Below, piece after piece: positions 63,761 through 64,000 of a DNA stretch of 64,000 nucleotides. The stretch covers positions 408,624 through 472,623 of the forward strand of contig NMRA01000109.1 in NCBI GenBank assembly GCA_002633005.1, read 5' to 3'. Below the pieces are notes generated by a model. It made no database searches. It was given only the letters and a program-made list of their open reading frames with translations, and had not been told where the DNA came from. Each line of letters begins with the position of its first letter. The first letter of the stretch is position 1. A program made the position numbers and the translations under genes. Origin of the DNA: Phoronis australis. Taxonomy: Eukaryota > Animalia > Phoronida.

Positions 63761-64000
63761 CATGGTTGGTTTAGTAATAAATGCCACGTGACGGTTTTGT
63801 TAATCTCGTATGTTTGCAATTTGTCGTTTTAAGCAGATTCCCGTTACTGTCACCTGCGACAGACAGGTTCGAACGGTAAATTCGCAGTTTACATCTTCCC
63901 CCACTGCGGATTATTTAACATCCATGAATAATTTGAGGTGGCGCATGCAGGCACCATTTTCTTTGTAGCCTAACTTGCACGACTCCTATGCGTATTGGGG

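Overview
AT-rich eukaryotic DNA, most likely from a marine invertebrate given its transposon repertoire (an inference; the species cannot be named). It has one assembly gap (19780-20735) and no long intact gene, and nearly all listed ORFs are spurious or transposon debris. The main signal is a series of about 12-16 tiny + strand candidate exons (12-30 nt) spread across 4.6-59.5 kb. Each is bounded by (Y)nAG and GTRAG, has a length divisible by 3, and the set shares only one open frame (phase 1-1). Many sit in duplicated cassettes whose intronic flanks are 88-93% identical in the stretches I counted, while the 24-nt exons are only 54-58% identical. This points to a hypervariable micro-exon gene or gene array, reminiscent of schistosome micro-exon genes (MEGs). 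The introns carry nested, mostly degenerate transposons (Kolobok-, ISL2EU-, Academ-, MULE- and P-like elements, MITEs) and a LINE reverse transcriptase fragment. No start or signal-peptide exon was found, and splicing is inferred from sequence only.
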